DNA of 64,000 nucleotides from an uncultured Gemmatimonadales bacterium (GCA_963815515.1 CAWFGP010000003.1:1277513-1341512); one strand, 5' to 3'; numbered from the stretch's first letter, positions 1 to 11,963 are shown. A program made the numbers and translations. The notes: generated from the sequence alone by a model not told the origin.

Positions 1-1
1 C

Positions 2-937
2 CTCGGCCTGGCCACGGCCAACTCGCTCGCGGCCATCGCCGCGGGTGCCCGGCAGATCGAGTGCACCGTGAACGGGATCGGCGAGCGCGCCGGGAACGCG
101 GCGATGGAGGAGCTGGTCATGGCCAGCCACGTCCGCGGGCCGCTGCTGGGCTTCCGCTGCAACGTCGAGACCCGCGAGATCTACCGCACGAGCCAGCTGC
201 TCTCCTACCTCACCGGCAGCTTTCCCCAGCCCAACAAGGCCATCGTCGGCCGGAACGCCTTCGCGCACGAGGCGGGGATCCACCAGCACGGCATGATGCA
301 GAACGGGCTGACGTACGAGATCATCCGGCCCGAGATGGTCGGCATCCCGCGCTCGACGCTGGTGCTGGGCAAGCACTCGGGCCGCCACGCGCTCGAGCGC
401 CGCTACCGCGAGCTGGGGTACGACCTGACCGACCTCCAGCTGGCCGAGGTCTACCGCCAGTTCAGCGCGCTCGCCGACCGCAAGCGCGAGATCCTCGACG
501 AGGACCTGCTGGCCCTGGTGCACGAGAGCTTCCACGACGCGCCCGAGGAGTATCAGCTGAGCCACCTGCGCGTCGTCTGCGGCAGCATCACGCCGACCGC
601 CGAGGTGCGGATGACGGGAGCCTGGGCGGGCGAGCGCTCGGCGCGCGGCACCGGCGACGGCCCGATCTCGGCGGCGTTCACGGCCATCAGCGAGATCCTG
701 GGGCGCCCCATCGAGGTGCTGAGCCTCTCGCTCCGCTCGCTTACGCCCGGCCGCGACAGCGTGGGCCAGGTGTTTCTCCAGGTCAAGGTCGACGGCAAGT
801 CGCTCTCGGGCAACGGGGCCTCCACGGACATCGTCGAGGCCAGCGCCCGGGCGCTGATCCACGCGCTCAACAAGGCCCATCACGCCGACCGGCTCGAGGC
901 CAGCTCGCTCAACTCCGTTTACCTGTGGGGCGTGTAA
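2..937 (+). CDS. leuA: 2-isopropylmalate synthase, C-terminal part (5' end outside window)
   Basis: Frame is open from the window edge. The translation ..ARQIECTVNGIGERAGNAAMEELVMA..HEAGIHQHG.. matches the LeuA catalytic core and regulatory C-terminus. It sits in an ilv/leu operon. Confidence 0.9.
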   Translation, partial: LGLATANSLAAIAAGARQIECTVNGIGERAGNAAMEELVMASHVRGPLLGFRCNVETREIYRTSQLLSYLTGSFPQPNKAIVGRNAFAHEAGIHQHGMMQNGLTYEIIRPEMVGIPRSTLVLGKHSGRHALERRYRELGYDLTDLQLAEVYRQFSALADRKREILDEDLLALVHESFHDAPEEYQLSHLRVVCGSITPTAEVRMTGAWAGERSARGTGDGPISAAFTAISEILGRPIEVLSLSLRSLTPGRDSVGQVFLQVKVDGKSLSGNGASTDIVEASARALIHALNKAHHADRLEASSLNSVYLWGV

Positions 938-2631
938 TGCGAGAGCAGCTCACGGGCTCGCAGATCCTCTGCCGGGCCCTGCTCGAGGAAGGCGTGGACG
1001 TGCTCTTCGGGTACCCCGGCGGCGCGATCATGCCGTTCTACCACGCGCTGCCCGAATACCCCGAGCTCCGCCACGTGCTGGTGCGCCACGAGCAGGCCGC
1101 GGCCCACGCGGCCGATGGCTACGCCCGCGCCAGCGGCCGGCCGGGCGTCTGTGTCGCGACGTCCGGCCCCGGCGCGACCAACCTGGTGACCGGGATCGCC
1201 ACGGCGCACATGGACAACACGCCGCTGGTGGCGATCACCGGGCAGGTGCCGCGCGCCATGATCGGACGCGACGCGTTCCAGGAGACCGACATCATCGGCA
1301 TCACCCAGCCGATCACCAAGCACAACCGGCTGGTCGAGGACGTCGAGGAGCTGGCGGAGGCAGTCCACGAGGTGTTCGCCGTAGCCCGGGAAGGCCGGCC
1401 CGGGCCGGTGCTGCTCGACGTGCCCAAGGACGTGCAGAACCAGAAGCTCGAGTACGCCGGCGGGGCGAACGGGAGCGCGCGGGGGGCGACGGGACGGCGG
1501 GAGGGATTGATCGGCCGCCCGACGCCGACGGCGCTGGTCGAGGCGGCGCGGCTCATTGCCCGGGCCGAGCGCCCGCTCATCATGGCGGGTCACGGCGTGA
1601 TCCTGAGCGACGCGTACGACGAGCTGCGCACGCTGGCGGAGCGCACGGGCGTCCCGGTCATCACGACGCTGCTCGGGATCAGTGCGTTTCCGGAGTCTCA
1701 TCCGCTGCACCTCGGCATGCCGGGGATGCATGGCGAGGTACACGTCAACCGCGCCATTCAGCAGGCCGACCTCATCATCGGTATCGGGCTCCGGTTCGAC
1801 GACCGGGTGACCGGCAACCTCGCCGCGTTCGCGCGCGGTGCCAAGGTGATTCACATCGAGCTCGACGCGTCGGAGATCGGGAAGAACGTCCCTGTGGCCG
1901 TCGGACTGGTGGGCGACGCGCGCGGCATCCTCCGCGAGCTGCTCGAGGCGCTCGAGGCGCGACACTGCGACGCGTGGCGCGCCGAGATCGCGACCTTCGT
2001 CCGGCCCCGGTTCGAAAGCTTCAAGGGCGAGCTCTCGGCCGAGGGGATCCTCGGCGCCGTGGAGGATGCCAGCCAGGGCCGGTGCACGGTCGTCTCCGAC
2101 GTGGGCCAGCACCAGATGTGGGTGGCCAAGCTGTTCCGCTATCAGCGGCCCAACACCCACATCACCTCCGGCGGCCTCGGCACCATGGGCTTCGCGGTGC
2201 CGGCCGCCATGGGCGTGGTGATGGCCCGCCCCGGCGAGCCGGTCTGGGCCATCTCGGGCGACGGCGGCTTCCAGATGAACATGCAGGAGATCGCCACCAT
2301 GGTGCAGGAACGGATCCCGGTGAAGATGGCGATCTTCAACAACGGGTATCTGGGCATGGTGCGGCAGTGGCAGCAGTTCTTCCACGGCCGCCGCTACTCC
2401 TCGACGCCGATCTGGAGCCCCGACTACGTGCGCCTGGCCGAGGCGTACGGTATCCCGGGGTGGCGCGTCGAGCGCGGCGATCAGGTGGATGCGGCTCTGC
2501 GCGGCGCGCTCGACCACGACGGCCCGGCGCTCATCGAGTTCCTCATCGAGCAGGAGGCGAATGTGTTCCCGATGATTCCACCGGGCGCGTCGCTCAGCGA
2601 GCCGATCGAGTCGGAAGCGGTCACCGCATGA
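937..2631 (+). CDS. ilvB: acetolactate synthase large subunit
   Basis: ATG 937 overlaps the leuA stop (TAATG). N-terminus is MREQLTGSQILCRALLEEGVDVLFGYPGGAIMPFYHAL, and the TPP motif GDGGFQMN is present. The 61..936 part of the tracked ORF overlaps leuA in another frame and is rejected. Confidence 0.93.
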   Translation: MREQLTGSQILCRALLEEGVDVLFGYPGGAIMPFYHALPEYPELRHVLVRHEQAAAHAADGYARASGRPGVCVATSGPGATNLVTGIATAHMDNTPLVAITGQVPRAMIGRDAFQETDIIGITQPITKHNRLVEDVEELAEAVHEVFAVAREGRPGPVLLDVPKDVQNQKLEYAGGANGSARGATGRREGLIGRPTPTALVEAARLIARAERPLIMAGHGVILSDAYDELRTLAERTGVPVITTLLGISAFPESHPLHLGMPGMHGEVHVNRAIQQADLIIGIGLRFDDRVTGNLAAFARGAKVIHIELDASEIGKNVPVAVGLVGDARGILRELLEALEARHCDAWRAEIATFVRPRFESFKGELSAEGILGAVEDASQGRCTVVSDVGQHQMWVAKLFRYQRPNTHITSGGLGTMGFAVPAAMGVVMARPGEPVWAISGDGGFQMNMQEIATMVQERIPVKMAIFNNGYLGMVRQWQQFFHGRRYSSTPIWSPDYVRLAEAYGIPGWRVERGDQVDAALRGALDHDGPALIEFLIEQEANVFPMIPPGASLSEPIESEAVTA

Positions 2632-3143
2632 CCGTCACGCGCGCCGTGACCGTGCTGCTGGAGGACCGTCTCATCACCTTTACCCGTGCCGTCGGGCTGC
2701 TCCGGCGGCGAAACCTGCCCGTGCGCAGTCTGGCCGTCGGGCCGACGGTGACGCCGGGCATCTCGAGACTCACGATCATGATCCAGTCCGACGAAGCCAC
2801 GGCCGAGCGTGCCGTGCAGCAGTTGCAGAAGGTGGTCGGCGTCCGCGCCGCCGCCGCCTTTCCGGCCCGTGACGGCGTGAGCCGCGAGCTGGCGCTGGTG
2901 AAGGTGCGCGCCACCGGCGAGCGCTACGGCGAGCTGCTCGACGTGGTGCAGCTGTACCATGCCTCGGTGGTGGACGACAGCCCCGAGGCCATCATCGTCG
3001 AGCTGACCGGGTCGGAGGCCTTCGTGCTCTCCTGCATCCGCGCGCTCGAGCGGTTCGAGGTGCTGGAGGTGGCGCGCAGCGGCGCCGTGGCGCTCGAGCT
3101 CGGACTGACCGATGCCGGCGCCCGGGTGCCGGCCAACACCTAA
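2628..3143 (+). CDS. ilvN: acetolactate synthase small (regulatory) subunit
   Basis: ATG 2628 overlaps the ilvB stop (ATGA). ACT-domain-like sequence ..[28 protein letters not shown].. is present. The position after ilvB is typical. Confidence 0.88.
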   Translation: MTVTRAVTVLLEDRLITFTRAVGLLRRRNLPVRSLAVGPTVTPGISRLTIMIQSDEATAERAVQQLQKVVGVRAAAAFPARDGVSRELALVKVRATGERYGELLDVVQLYHASVVDDSPEAIIVELTGSEAFVLSCIRALERFEVLEVARSGAVALELGLTDAGARVPANT

Positions 3144-3157
3144 CGAGAGACGGAGTC

Positions 3158-4231
3158 ATGACGAACGATCCCGTGCGCGTGTACTACGACACCGACGCCG
3201 ACCGAAGCCGCCTTGCCGGCCGCACCTTCGCCATCATCGGCTACGGCAGCCAGGGGCACGCCCACGCCCTCAACCTCCGCGACAGCGGCGCCAAGGTCAT
3301 CGTCGGCCTCCGGAAGGGGGGCGGCTCGTGGGACAAGGCCGAGGCCGCGGGACTCGACGTCCGGACGGTCGCCGAGGCGGCGGCCGCGGCCGACGTCATC
3401 ATGATGCTCACGCCCGATCAGGACGGCCGGGCCATCTACGAGGGCGGCGTGGCTCAGGGGCTCAAGCCGGGCAAGACCCTGATGTTCGCCCACGGGTTCA
3501 ACATCCATTACGGCGAGATCGCGCCGCCGGCGGGCGTGGACGTGTCGATGGTGGCGCCGAAGTCGCCCGGACACCTGGTCCGGAGCGAATTCGAGGGCGG
3601 CCGGGGCGTGCCCGGGCTCGTGGCGGTGCACCAGGACGCGAGCGGCCAGGCCCTGGCCAACGCCCTGGCATATGCCTCGGGCATCGGGTGTACCCGCGCG
3701 GGCGTCATCGAGACGACCTTCCGCGAAGAGACCGAGACCGACCTGTTCGGCGAGCAGGCGGTGCTCTGTGGCGGGGTCACGGCCCTGGTGAAGGCGGGCT
3801 TCGAGACCCTGACCGCCGCCGGCTACCGGCCCGAGATGGCGTACTTCGAGTGCCTGCACGAGCTCAAGCTGATCGTCGACCTGATGTACCGGGGCGGGAT
3901 GCAGTTCATGCGCTACTCGATCAGCGACACGGCCGAGTACGGCGACTACACCCGGGGGCCGCGGGTCATCACCGACGAGACCCGCGCGGAGATGAAGCGG
4001 ATCCTCGACGAGATCCAGAACGGGTCGTTCGCCCGGGAGTGGCTGGCGGAGAACCGGAACGGCCGGCCGAACTTCGAGCGGATGCGCCAGGCCGATCGGG
4101 ACCACCAGATCGAGCGCGTCGGAGCCGAGCTCCGGGCCATGATGCCCTGGTCCGAGGAGGGGAAGGCCGCCCAGCGGGCCGCCGGGGAGCCCAAGGAGCC
4201 GGCCGCACGGAAGGCCGCGACCGTCTCGTGA
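3158..4231 (+). CDS. ilvC: ketol-acid reductoisomerase
   Basis: [36 protein letters not shown] (Rossmann motif). The 357 aa length fits a class I KARI. Confidence 0.95.
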   Translation: MTNDPVRVYYDTDADRSRLAGRTFAIIGYGSQGHAHALNLRDSGAKVIVGLRKGGGSWDKAEAAGLDVRTVAEAAAAADVIMMLTPDQDGRAIYEGGVAQGLKPGKTLMFAHGFNIHYGEIAPPAGVDVSMVAPKSPGHLVRSEFEGGRGVPGLVAVHQDASGQALANALAYASGIGCTRAGVIETTFREETETDLFGEQAVLCGGVTALVKAGFETLTAAGYRPEMAYFECLHELKLIVDLMYRGGMQFMRYSISDTAEYGDYTRGPRVITDETRAEMKRILDEIQNGSFAREWLAENRNGRPNFERMRQADRDHQIERVGAELRAMMPWSEEGKAAQRAAGEPKEPAARKAATVS

Positions 4232-5649
4232 CGGCACCCCGCACCCTGTTCGACAAGGTCTGGGAGGCACACGTCGTCGAGGACCCGGGCGGCCCGCCAG
4301 GCGGCCCGGCGCTGCTGTACGTGGACCTCCACCTGGTCCACGAGGTCACCTCGCCCCAGGCCTTCGAGGGGCTCCGGCTGGCGGGCAGGGGCGTCCGGCG
4401 GCCGGAGCTCACGGTCGCGACCGTCGACCACAACGTTCCCACCGGCGACCGGCGGCTCCCGATCGCCGATCAGGTCTCTGCCCGCCAGGTCGCCGCCCTG
4501 GGGCGGAACGCCCGGGAGTTCGGGGTGGAGCTCTTCGACCTCGACAGTCCCGAGCAGGGCATCGTGCACGTGATCGGGCCCGAGCTGGGCCTCACCCAGC
4601 CCGGGATGGTCATCGTCTGCGGGGACTCCCATACCTCCACCCACGGCGCGTTCGGGGCTCTGGCCTTCGGCATCGGCACGAGCGAGGTCGAGCACGTCCT
4701 GGCCACACAGTGCATCGTCCAGTCCCGGCCCCGGACCATGGAAGTCCGCTTCTCCGGCCTCCCGGCCGCCGGAGTGACCGCGAAGGACCTGGTGCTGGCG
4801 CTGATCCGCCGCATCGGAACCGCCGGCGCCACCGGGCACGTCATCGAGTACACCGGCGAGGCCATCCGGGCGCTCTCCATGGAAGGCCGGATGACGGTCT
4901 GCAACATGTCCATCGAGGCCGGCGCCCGGGCCGGCATGGTGGCCCCCGATGCCATCACGACGGCGTACCTGCGGGGGCGTCCGCGGGCGCCCACGGGGGC
5001 GACTTGGGACCGTCTCCGTTCCGAATGGGAGTCGCTCCATAGCGATCCCGGCGCCGCCTTCGACGCCACGATCGAGATCGACGCCGCCAGGTTGGGCCCC
5101 CAGGTCACCTGGGGGACGAGCCCCGGGATGACGGCTGAGATCACCGAGCGCGTGCCCGATCCGGCCGACCAATCGTCCGACGCCGACCGCGAGTCCTACG
5201 CTCGCGCGCTCGAGTACATGGGCCTCGTTCCGGGCACACCGCTCGAAGGTCTCAAGGTCGATCGCGTGTTCCTGGGGTCGTGTACCAACGCCAGAATTGA
5301 GGACCTTCGCGAGGCTGCCAAAGTGGCACACGGTAGAAAAGTCGCGGGCGGCGTGCGCGCGATGGTCGTGCCCGGCTCCCAGCTGGTGAAGGCGCAGGCC
5401 GAGCGCGAGGGACTGGACCGGATCTTCACCGACGCCGGATTCGAGTGGCGCAATCCGGGCTGTTCGATGTGCCTCGGGATGAACGACGATATCCTGGGAC
5501 CGGGCGAGCGCTGCGCGTCGACATCGAACCGCAATTTCGAAGGACGGCAGGGGAGGGGAGGGCGCACGCACCTCGTCAGCCCGGTTATGGCGGTCGCGGC
5601 GGCGGTCGAAGGGTGTCTGGTGGACGTTCGAAGCTATATGCGGGGCTAA
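4228..5649 (+). CDS. leuC: 3-isopropylmalate dehydratase large subunit
   Basis: GTG 4228 overlaps the ilvC stop (GTGA). Motifs seen: [35 protein letters not shown] (aconitase-family Fe-S ligands). Confidence 0.93.
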   Translation: MTAPRTLFDKVWEAHVVEDPGGPPGGPALLYVDLHLVHEVTSPQAFEGLRLAGRGVRRPELTVATVDHNVPTGDRRLPIADQVSARQVAALGRNAREFGVELFDLDSPEQGIVHVIGPELGLTQPGMVIVCGDSHTSTHGAFGALAFGIGTSEVEHVLATQCIVQSRPRTMEVRFSGLPAAGVTAKDLVLALIRRIGTAGATGHVIEYTGEAIRALSMEGRMTVCNMSIEAGARAGMVAPDAITTAYLRGRPRAPTGATWDRLRSEWESLHSDPGAAFDATIEIDAARLGPQVTWGTSPGMTAEITERVPDPADQSSDADRESYARALEYMGLVPGTPLEGLKVDRVFLGSCTNARIEDLREAAKVAHGRKVAGGVRAMVVPGSQLVKAQAEREGLDRIFTDAGFEWRNPGCSMCLGMNDDILGPGERCASTSNRNFEGRQGRGGRTHLVSPVMAVAAAVEGCLVDVRSYMRG

Positions 5650-5806
5650 AAGCCTAGATATGCATGGGAAGTATGGTGGTATACGTGGTGATGTAATGCT
5701 TTACTTGATGAATGTACCACCAACGTTGACAACTAATTGCTGATTTCACTTGAAGTAATGTAGCACGTTATCATATCCGAAAGTCAGAATATTTATCCAG
5801 GATCGT
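5650..5806. other. anomalous AT-rich (about 38% GC by hand count) intercistronic spacer between leuC and leuD
   Basis: 60 G+C in 157 nt by my count, against visibly GC-rich flanks. Imperfect direct repeat ACTTGATGAATGTA (5703-5716) / ACTTGAAGTAATGTA (5748-5762). Inverted repeat TGGTGGTA (5674-5681) / TACCACCA (5715-5722). TTGACA at 5726-5731 and TATCAT at 5769-5774. Confidence 0.8.
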
Positions 5807-6421
5807 ATGCAACCGTTCAAAAAGCACTCCGGACGCGCCGTTTCGCTGCCTAGAGCCAACGTCGACACCGATCAGATCATTCCGAAGCAGTTCCTGAAGC
5901 GAATCGAGCGGACCGGCTTCGGACCGTCGCTGTTCTTCGACTGGCGCTACCTGGCGGACGGTTCGCCCAACCCGGATTTCGAGCTCAATCGGCCCGGAGC
6001 CGAGGGCGCTTCGATTCTGATTGCCGGGTCCAACTTCGGTTGCGGCAGCTCGCGCGAGCATGCACCGTGGGCGCTGGCAGAGTACGGCTTCCGGGCTATT
6101 GTCGCCCCATCCTTCGCCGATATCTTCTTCGGCAACTGCTGCCAAAATGGCTTGCTGCCCGTGGTTTTGCAAGAGCCCCAGGTCCAGGAATTGTTCCGGC
6201 GGACGGCGGCGGCCGGTGGGGGCTATGACCTCACTATCGACCTGGTGGAGCGAACCGTGCGTGACGGACGGGGCTTTCAGGCTGGGTTCATCATGGACGA
6301 GTATCGGCGGGAGATGCTGCTCCAGGGGCTGGACGAGATCGGCAAGACGCTGCGGAACGAGACGGCCATCGCGGCGTTCGAGCGCCGGCGCGGTGCCATC
6401 GCCGGCGGGGCGCCCGCATGA
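5807..6421 (+). CDS. leuD: 3-isopropylmalate dehydratase small subunit
   Basis: [50 protein letters not shown]. Confidence 0.94.
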   Translation: MQPFKKHSGRAVSLPRANVDTDQIIPKQFLKRIERTGFGPSLFFDWRYLADGSPNPDFELNRPGAEGASILIAGSNFGCGSSREHAPWALAEYGFRAIVAPSFADIFFGNCCQNGLLPVVLQEPQVQELFRRTAAAGGGYDLTIDLVERTVRDGRGFQAGFIMDEYRREMLLQGLDEIGKTLRNETAIAAFERRRGAIAGGAPA

Positions 6422-7494
6422 CACGCTATACCATCGCGGTGCTGCCCGGCGATGGCATTGGCCCCGAGGTGACGGCCGAGGCCCTCCGGGTCCTGCAGGC
6501 AGCCGCCGAGCTCTTCGGTTTCGGCCTGGACACGGCGGAGTACGCCGTCGGCGCGGCCGGGGTGGCCGAGGCCGATGACTCGCTGCCGGCGCGCACTGCG
6601 GACGCGGTGGTCCAGGCCGACGCGGTACTGCTCGGGGCGGTCGGCCACCCGTCTCTTGCCGCGGCCGAAGGCCGCCGGCGGCCCGAGGCGGGTCTCCTGG
6701 CCCTGAGGAAGGTCCTTGGTGCGTATGCCAACCTGCGGCCCGCCACCGTGCACCCCGCCCTGCGCCATGCCTCCCCGCTCCGGCCCGAGCGGCTGGAAGG
6801 GGTGGACCTCCTGATCGTGCGGGAGCTGCTGGGCGGGCTGTATTACGGCCAGCCCAGGTCACTCGAGCGCGAGACCGCGGTCAACACCATGCGGTACTCC
6901 GTGGCCGAAATCGAGCGGGTGGCACGGGTGGCGTTCGAGGCAGCGAGGGGCCGGCGGCGGCTGGTCACGTCGGTGGACAAGGCCAACGTCCTGGAGGTCT
7001 CCCAGCTCTGGCGGGAGACGGTGACCCGTGTCGGGCTGGACTACCCGGAGGTGCGGCTCGAGCACCTCTACGTCGATTACGCTGCCATGCGCCTGGTGTC
7101 CCACCCCGCCGCCATCGATGTGCTGCTCGCCGAAAACCTCTTCGGTGACATCCTGAGCGACGAAGCGGCGGTGCTTACGGGCTCGCTGGGGCTGCTTCCC
7201 TCGGCCTCCATCGGCGACGGGCCGGGGCTGTTCGAGCCGGTGCACGGTTCGGCCCCGGACATCGCTGGCCAGGGCATCGCCAACCCGCTCGGCGCCATCG
7301 CGTCGGTGGCCATGCTGCTCCGCTACGGGCTCGATCAGCGCGAGGCAGCCGATCGGGTCGATCTGGCGGTGGCCGAGGTCCTGACGGCCGGGGCGAGGAC
7401 CCCCGATATTGCCGGCCGCGGGGAAGCCACTGTGGGCACCCGGGAAATGGGCGAACGAGTGGCGGCCATGGTCCTCGGAGCCGGGGTGAGCTAA
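6418..7494 (+). CDS. leuB: 3-isopropylmalate dehydrogenase
   Basis: ATG overlaps the leuD stop. Motifs [13 protein letters not shown] and [12 protein letters not shown] (isopropylmalate/isocitrate dehydrogenase signature). Confidence 0.94.
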   Translation: MTRYTIAVLPGDGIGPEVTAEALRVLQAAAELFGFGLDTAEYAVGAAGVAEADDSLPARTADAVVQADAVLLGAVGHPSLAAAEGRRRPEAGLLALRKVLGAYANLRPATVHPALRHASPLRPERLEGVDLLIVRELLGGLYYGQPRSLERETAVNTMRYSVAEIERVARVAFEAARGRRRLVTSVDKANVLEVSQLWRETVTRVGLDYPEVRLEHLYVDYAAMRLVSHPAAIDVLLAENLFGDILSDEAAVLTGSLGLLPSASIGDGPGLFEPVHGSAPDIAGQGIANPLGAIASVAMLLRYGLDQREAADRVDLAVAEVLTAGARTPDIAGRGEATVGTREMGERVAAMVLGAGVS

Positions 7495-7525
7495 GCCAAG
7501 CCCCATGGCTCGGTGCGGCGGTGAG

Positions 7526-8212
7526 CTAGACCCGGCGGCTCGGGGCCTCCCGCCGCCCTGCCCGCTCCCACCACCAGACCCACAATGCCGCCCACCCGGT
7601 CCCGACCAGCAACCCGCCGATCACGTCCGAAGGCCAGTGCATCCCGAGGTACATCCTCGAGAACGCGACGAGGAGCGAGAGCAACACCGCGGCGCCCACC
7701 AGCGCCAGCCGCGTCGTGCGCGGCCAGGGCGCGGCCCAGATGAGCGCCCCGAGACCGAACACGAGCGGCGTCAGCGTAGCATGGCCGGACGGAAAGGAGT
7801 ACCAGCCGCCGCCGCGCATGAGGCGGAGAATCACATGCGGACGGGCGCGATGGAAGAGGTATTTGAGCAACCCATAGAGCGCCCAGCCGCTCAGCGTCGC
7901 GCTAGCGTAGCCGACGGCTTCGGAGCGACGCCGGATCATCGCCAGCCGAAGGCTGATGAGGAGGCTGAGCGGAATCTCGACCCCGCCCGAGCCCAGGAAG
8001 CTCGCGGCACGCATGACCTGGGTGGACCAGTTTGGCCGATGCCGGCCCAGGGCCAGCATCAGCCGGGTGTCCAGCGCCTGCGTCCACCCCACCTGGACAG
8101 CCACCGCGAGCGCGGCGAACAGGATGAGGCACACGAGGGCGAGCGCCGCCGCCCGCGTGGCGCGTGCCGAGGAACGCGGCCGATCGACGCCCCCCGCGGC
8201 CCCGGGGGCCAC
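7526..8212 (-). CDS. PAP2-family membrane phosphatase
   Basis: Classical PAP2 motifs: KYLFHRARP, FPSGHA, SRMYLGMHWPSDV. Several hydrophobic helices. Confidence 0.8.
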   Translation of the reverse strand: MAPGAAGGVDRPRSSARATRAAALALVCLILFAALAVAVQVGWTQALDTRLMLALGRHRPNWSTQVMRAASFLGSGGVEIPLSLLISLRLAMIRRRSEAVGYASATLSGWALYGLLKYLFHRARPHVILRLMRGGGWYSFPSGHATLTPLVFGLGALIWAAPWPRTTRLALVGAAVLLSLLVAFSRMYLGMHWPSDVIGGLLVGTGWAALWVWWWERAGRREAPSRRV

Positions 8213-8225
8213 GCGCGCCGTGGCG

Positions 8226-9902
8226 TTAGAGATCGGTCACCGCACCCAGGCTGGCACTCGAGACCTGGCGCGCGTACTTGTGCAGCACGCCTGCCGTATA
8301 GCGCGGGGCGGGCGGATGCCAGGCGCTCCGCCGCCGGGCCAGCTCGTCGTCGCCCACGCCGAGGGAGAGAAGCCGCTCGTCCGCGTCGATGGTTATCGAG
8401 TCACCCTCCTGGACCAGCGCGATCGGTCCGCCGACGGCGGCCTCGGGCGCGACGTGCCCCACCACCAGCCCGTAGGTTCCGCCGGAGAAGCGTCCGTCCG
8501 TGATCAGCGCCACCGAGTCGCCGAGCCCGGCGCCGATGATGGCCGACGTCGGCGCGAGCATCTCCCGCATACCGGGCCCGCCGCGCGGCCCCTCGTAGCG
8601 GATGACGAGCACGTCGCCCGGCCGGATGCCGCCGGCGAGAATGACCTCGAGGCAGGCCTCCTCCGACTCGAAGATGCGGGCCGGGCCAGTGATGCGCCGC
8701 TGCTTCACGCCGGTGATCTTGGCGACGGACCCCTCGGGAGCCAGGTTTCCGCGCAGCACCGCCAGGTGGCCCTGGGCGTACAGCGGCTTGCCCCATGGCC
8801 GGATCACGTCCTGGTCGCCCCGCGGCTCGACCGGCAGGTGGGCGAGCGTTTCGGCGACGGTCTTTCCGCTGATGGTCAGCGCGCCGCCGTGGAGCAGCCC
8901 GTGCGCCAGGAGCATCTTCATCACCTGCGGCACCCCGCCGGCCGCGTGCAGGTCGGTGGCCACGTAGCGGCCGGACGGCTTGAGGTCGCAGAGCACCGGG
9001 ACCCGGGCGCGGATGGCCTCGAAGTCGTCGAGCTCGAGCGGCACGCCGGCCGAATGGGCGATGGCGAGCAGGTGGAGCACGGCGTTGGTGCTGCCGCCGA
9101 TGGCCATGGCCACCGCGATGCCGTTCTCGAATGCCTGGCGCGTGAGGATCTGAAGGGGCAGGAGGTGCCGGCGCACGGCTTCCACCAGCACCTCGCCCGA
9201 CTGCGCCGCGCTCTCGGCCTTCTCCGCGTCCTCCGCGGCCATCGTGGAGGATCCGGGCAGGCTCATGCCCATGGCCTCGAACACGGACGACATCGTGTTG
9301 GCGGTGAACATCCCCCCGCAGGAGCCCTTGCCGGGGCAGGCGTGGCGCTCGACCTCGAGCAGCTCGCGCTCGTCGATACGGCCGGCGCTGAACTGGCCCA
9401 CGGCTTCGAAGGCGCTGACCACGGTCAGGTCCCGGCCGTGCAGGTGGCCCGGGCGGATGGTGCCGCCGTAGACGAAGATCGCGGGGATATTCATCCGGGC
9501 GATCGCGATCATCGCGCCCGGCATGTTCTTGTCGCAGCCGCCGACGGCCACCACCCCATCCATGCTCTCCGCGCCGCAGGCGGTCTCGATCGAGTCCGCG
9601 ATCACCTCGCGGGAGACGAGCGAGTACTTCATCCCCTCCGTCCCCATCGAGATCCCGTCGCTCACGGTGATCGTGCCGAAGATCTGCGGCATGGCGCCGG
9701 CCGCTCGCACCGCGGCCTCGGCCCGGTGCGCGAGCACGTCGAGGCCGGCATTGCACGGCGTGATCGTGCTGTAGCCGTTGGCGATCCCGATGATCGGCTT
9801 GCCGAAGTCCGCGTCGCCGAAGCCGACGGCGCGAAGCATCGCCCGGTTGGGGGCGCGCTGGACGCCGGCGGTAATCGCATCGCTGCGGAGAGGGTTGGGC
9901 AT
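8226..9902 (-). CDS. ilvD: dihydroxy-acid dehydratase
   Basis: [49 protein letters not shown]; 558 aa, IlvD/Edd family. Confidence 0.94.
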   Translation of the reverse strand: MPNPLRSDAITAGVQRAPNRAMLRAVGFGDADFGKPIIGIANGYSTITPCNAGLDVLAHRAEAAVRAAGAMPQIFGTITVSDGISMGTEGMKYSLVSREVIADSIETACGAESMDGVVAVGGCDKNMPGAMIAIARMNIPAIFVYGGTIRPGHLHGRDLTVVSAFEAVGQFSAGRIDERELLEVERHACPGKGSCGGMFTANTMSSVFEAMGMSLPGSSTMAAEDAEKAESAAQSGEVLVEAVRRHLLPLQILTRQAFENGIAVAMAIGGSTNAVLHLLAIAHSAGVPLELDDFEAIRARVPVLCDLKPSGRYVATDLHAAGGVPQVMKMLLAHGLLHGGALTISGKTVAETLAHLPVEPRGDQDVIRPWGKPLYAQGHLAVLRGNLAPEGSVAKITGVKQRRITGPARIFESEEACLEVILAGGIRPGDVLVIRYEGPRGGPGMREMLAPTSAIIGAGLGDSVALITDGRFSGGTYGLVVGHVAPEAAVGGPIALVQEGDSITIDADERLLSLGVGDDELARRRSAWHPPAPRYTAGVLHKYARQVSSASLGAVTDL

Positions 9903-9985
9903 CGCGGGAATCTAATCGAGGGGGGGAGCGCGGCCTCCCCCCGTCGGGGCGGCGACAGCTGACGGGCGCGGTGCGCCCGGTGCGC

Positions 9986-11452
9986 TCAGGCGTCGTAGTA
10001 CAGGAAGAACTCGTACGGGTGCGGCCGGAGATTGATCGGCGCGATGTCCTTCGTCCGCTTGAGCGAGATCCACGCGTCCAGGACGTCCGGCGTGAAGACC
10101 TCACCTTCCAGCAGGAAGTCGTGATCGGCTTCCAGGGCGGCCACGGCTTCCGCCAGGGACCCCGGCACCGTCTTGATGCTCTGCTTCCGCTCGTCGTGCA
10201 GCTCGTACAGGTCCTCGTCGATCGGCGCTGGCGGCTCGAGCTTGCGCTGGATGCCGTCGAGGCCCGCCATGAGGAGCGCGGAGAACGCGAGGTACGGGTT
10301 GGCGGTGGGATCCGGCGCGCGAAACTCCACCCGCCGAGCTTTCGGGCTGCTCGAGTAGGTCGGGATCCGGCAGATGGCCGACCGGTTCCGGGCCGAATAC
10401 ATGAGGTTGACGGGCGCCTCGAAGCCGGGCACCAGGCGACGATAGCTGTTCGTCGTGGGCGCACAGAGCGCCAGCAGCGCCGGGGCGTGCGCGATGAGGC
10501 CGCCGATGTAATGGCGCGCGGTCTCGGAGAGCAGCGCGTAGCCGTTCTCGTCGTAGAACAGCGGGTGGTCGCCCTTCCAGAGTGACTGGTGCACGTGCAT
10601 GCCCGATCCGTTGTCGCCGAAGAGCGGCTTGGGCATGAACGTGGCCGTGTAGCCCAGGTTATGGCAGACGTTCTTGATGACGTACTTGTAGGCCATCATG
10701 CGGTCGGCGGTCTGCACCAGGGTGCCGAACCGGAAGTCGATCTCGGCCTGGCCCGCGGTGGCCACCTCGTGATGCTGCACCTCGACCGGAATGCCCGCCT
10801 CGATCAGCGCGAGCATGATCTTCGAGCGGACGTCCTGCAGCCGGTCGACCGGGGGAACCGGGAAATAGCCCTCCTTGTGCCGCGGACGGTGGCCCAGGTT
10901 GGGCGTGCCGCCGTTCCGCCCCGAGTTCCAGACCCCTTCCTCGGCGTCGATATGGTAGTACCCCTCGTGGGCGTTCTGGTCGAACCGCACGGAGTTGAAG
11001 ATGAAGAACTCCGCCTCGGGCCCCCAGTACGACGTGGTGGCGATGCCCGTCGTGCGCAGGTACTCCTCCGCCTTGAAGGCGATGAACCGCGGATCGCGCG
11101 TGTAGGGCTCGAGCGTGAGCGGGTCGTAGATGTCGCACGTCAGCGAGAGGGTTGGCACCTCCAGCACCGGATCCACGAACGCCGTCGAGACGTCCGGGAG
11201 CAGCAGCATGTCGCTCTCGTTGATGGCCTGGAAGCCGCGGATGGACGAGCCGTCGAAGCCGAGACCCTCTCGGATCATGTCCTCGTCGAGCGTGGCGGCC
11301 GGGATGGAGAAGTGCTGCCAGGTCCCGGGCAGGTCGCAGAACTTGACGTCCACGACCTTCGCGTTCTTCTGCCTGATCAGGTCCAGGAGCATGCCGACCT
11401 CACTGGTCTGGGCGACACGGCCGGGGGCTTTGGTGCGGGCGGTAGTGGCCAT
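9986..11452 (-). CDS. glnA: glutamine synthetase, type I
   Basis: FCDLPGTWQHFSIP, KPLFGDNGSGMHVHQSLW, NSYRRLVPGFEAP. Start chosen at MATTARTK; the ORF extends 20 codons further upstream. Confidence 0.9.
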   Translation of the reverse strand: MATTARTKAPGRVAQTSEVGMLLDLIRQKNAKVVDVKFCDLPGTWQHFSIPAATLDEDMIREGLGFDGSSIRGFQAINESDMLLLPDVSTAFVDPVLEVPTLSLTCDIYDPLTLEPYTRDPRFIAFKAEEYLRTTGIATTSYWGPEAEFFIFNSVRFDQNAHEGYYHIDAEEGVWNSGRNGGTPNLGHRPRHKEGYFPVPPVDRLQDVRSKIMLALIEAGIPVEVQHHEVATAGQAEIDFRFGTLVQTADRMMAYKYVIKNVCHNLGYTATFMPKPLFGDNGSGMHVHQSLWKGDHPLFYDENGYALLSETARHYIGGLIAHAPALLALCAPTTNSYRRLVPGFEAPVNLMYSARNRSAICRIPTYSSSPKARRVEFRAPDPTANPYLAFSALLMAGLDGIQRKLEPPAPIDEDLYELHDERKQSIKTVPGSLAEAVAALEADHDFLLEGEVFTPDVLDAWISLKRTKDIAPINLRPHPYEFFLYYDA

Positions 11453-11559
11453 GACGGTGTCTCGCGCGGTCAAAGGGTGAAGAAGCAGGGGCAGCCGGGA
11501 CGCGAGCACCACGGCGAGCGCGAGCGCCCGCGCCGCGCCCGCGTCCAGGTGGACACCGT

Positions 11560-11952
<393 letters not shown>

Positions 11953-11963
11953 GGTCGTGTGCC

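Noticed and set aside
61-936. 5' extension of the ilvB ORF (856-aa version)
   Set aside because: It overlaps leuA in another frame with Arg/Pro-rich nonsense. The conserved IlvB N-terminus starts at ATG 937, overlapping the leuA stop.
5660-5743. 27-codon ORF inside the AT-rich leuC-leuD spacer as a real peptide or leucine leader
   Set aside because: It has no Shine-Dalgarno sequence, no Leu-codon run as in leu attenuators, and no terminator/antiterminator pair that I could fold by eye. It is mentioned only as part of the spacer finding.
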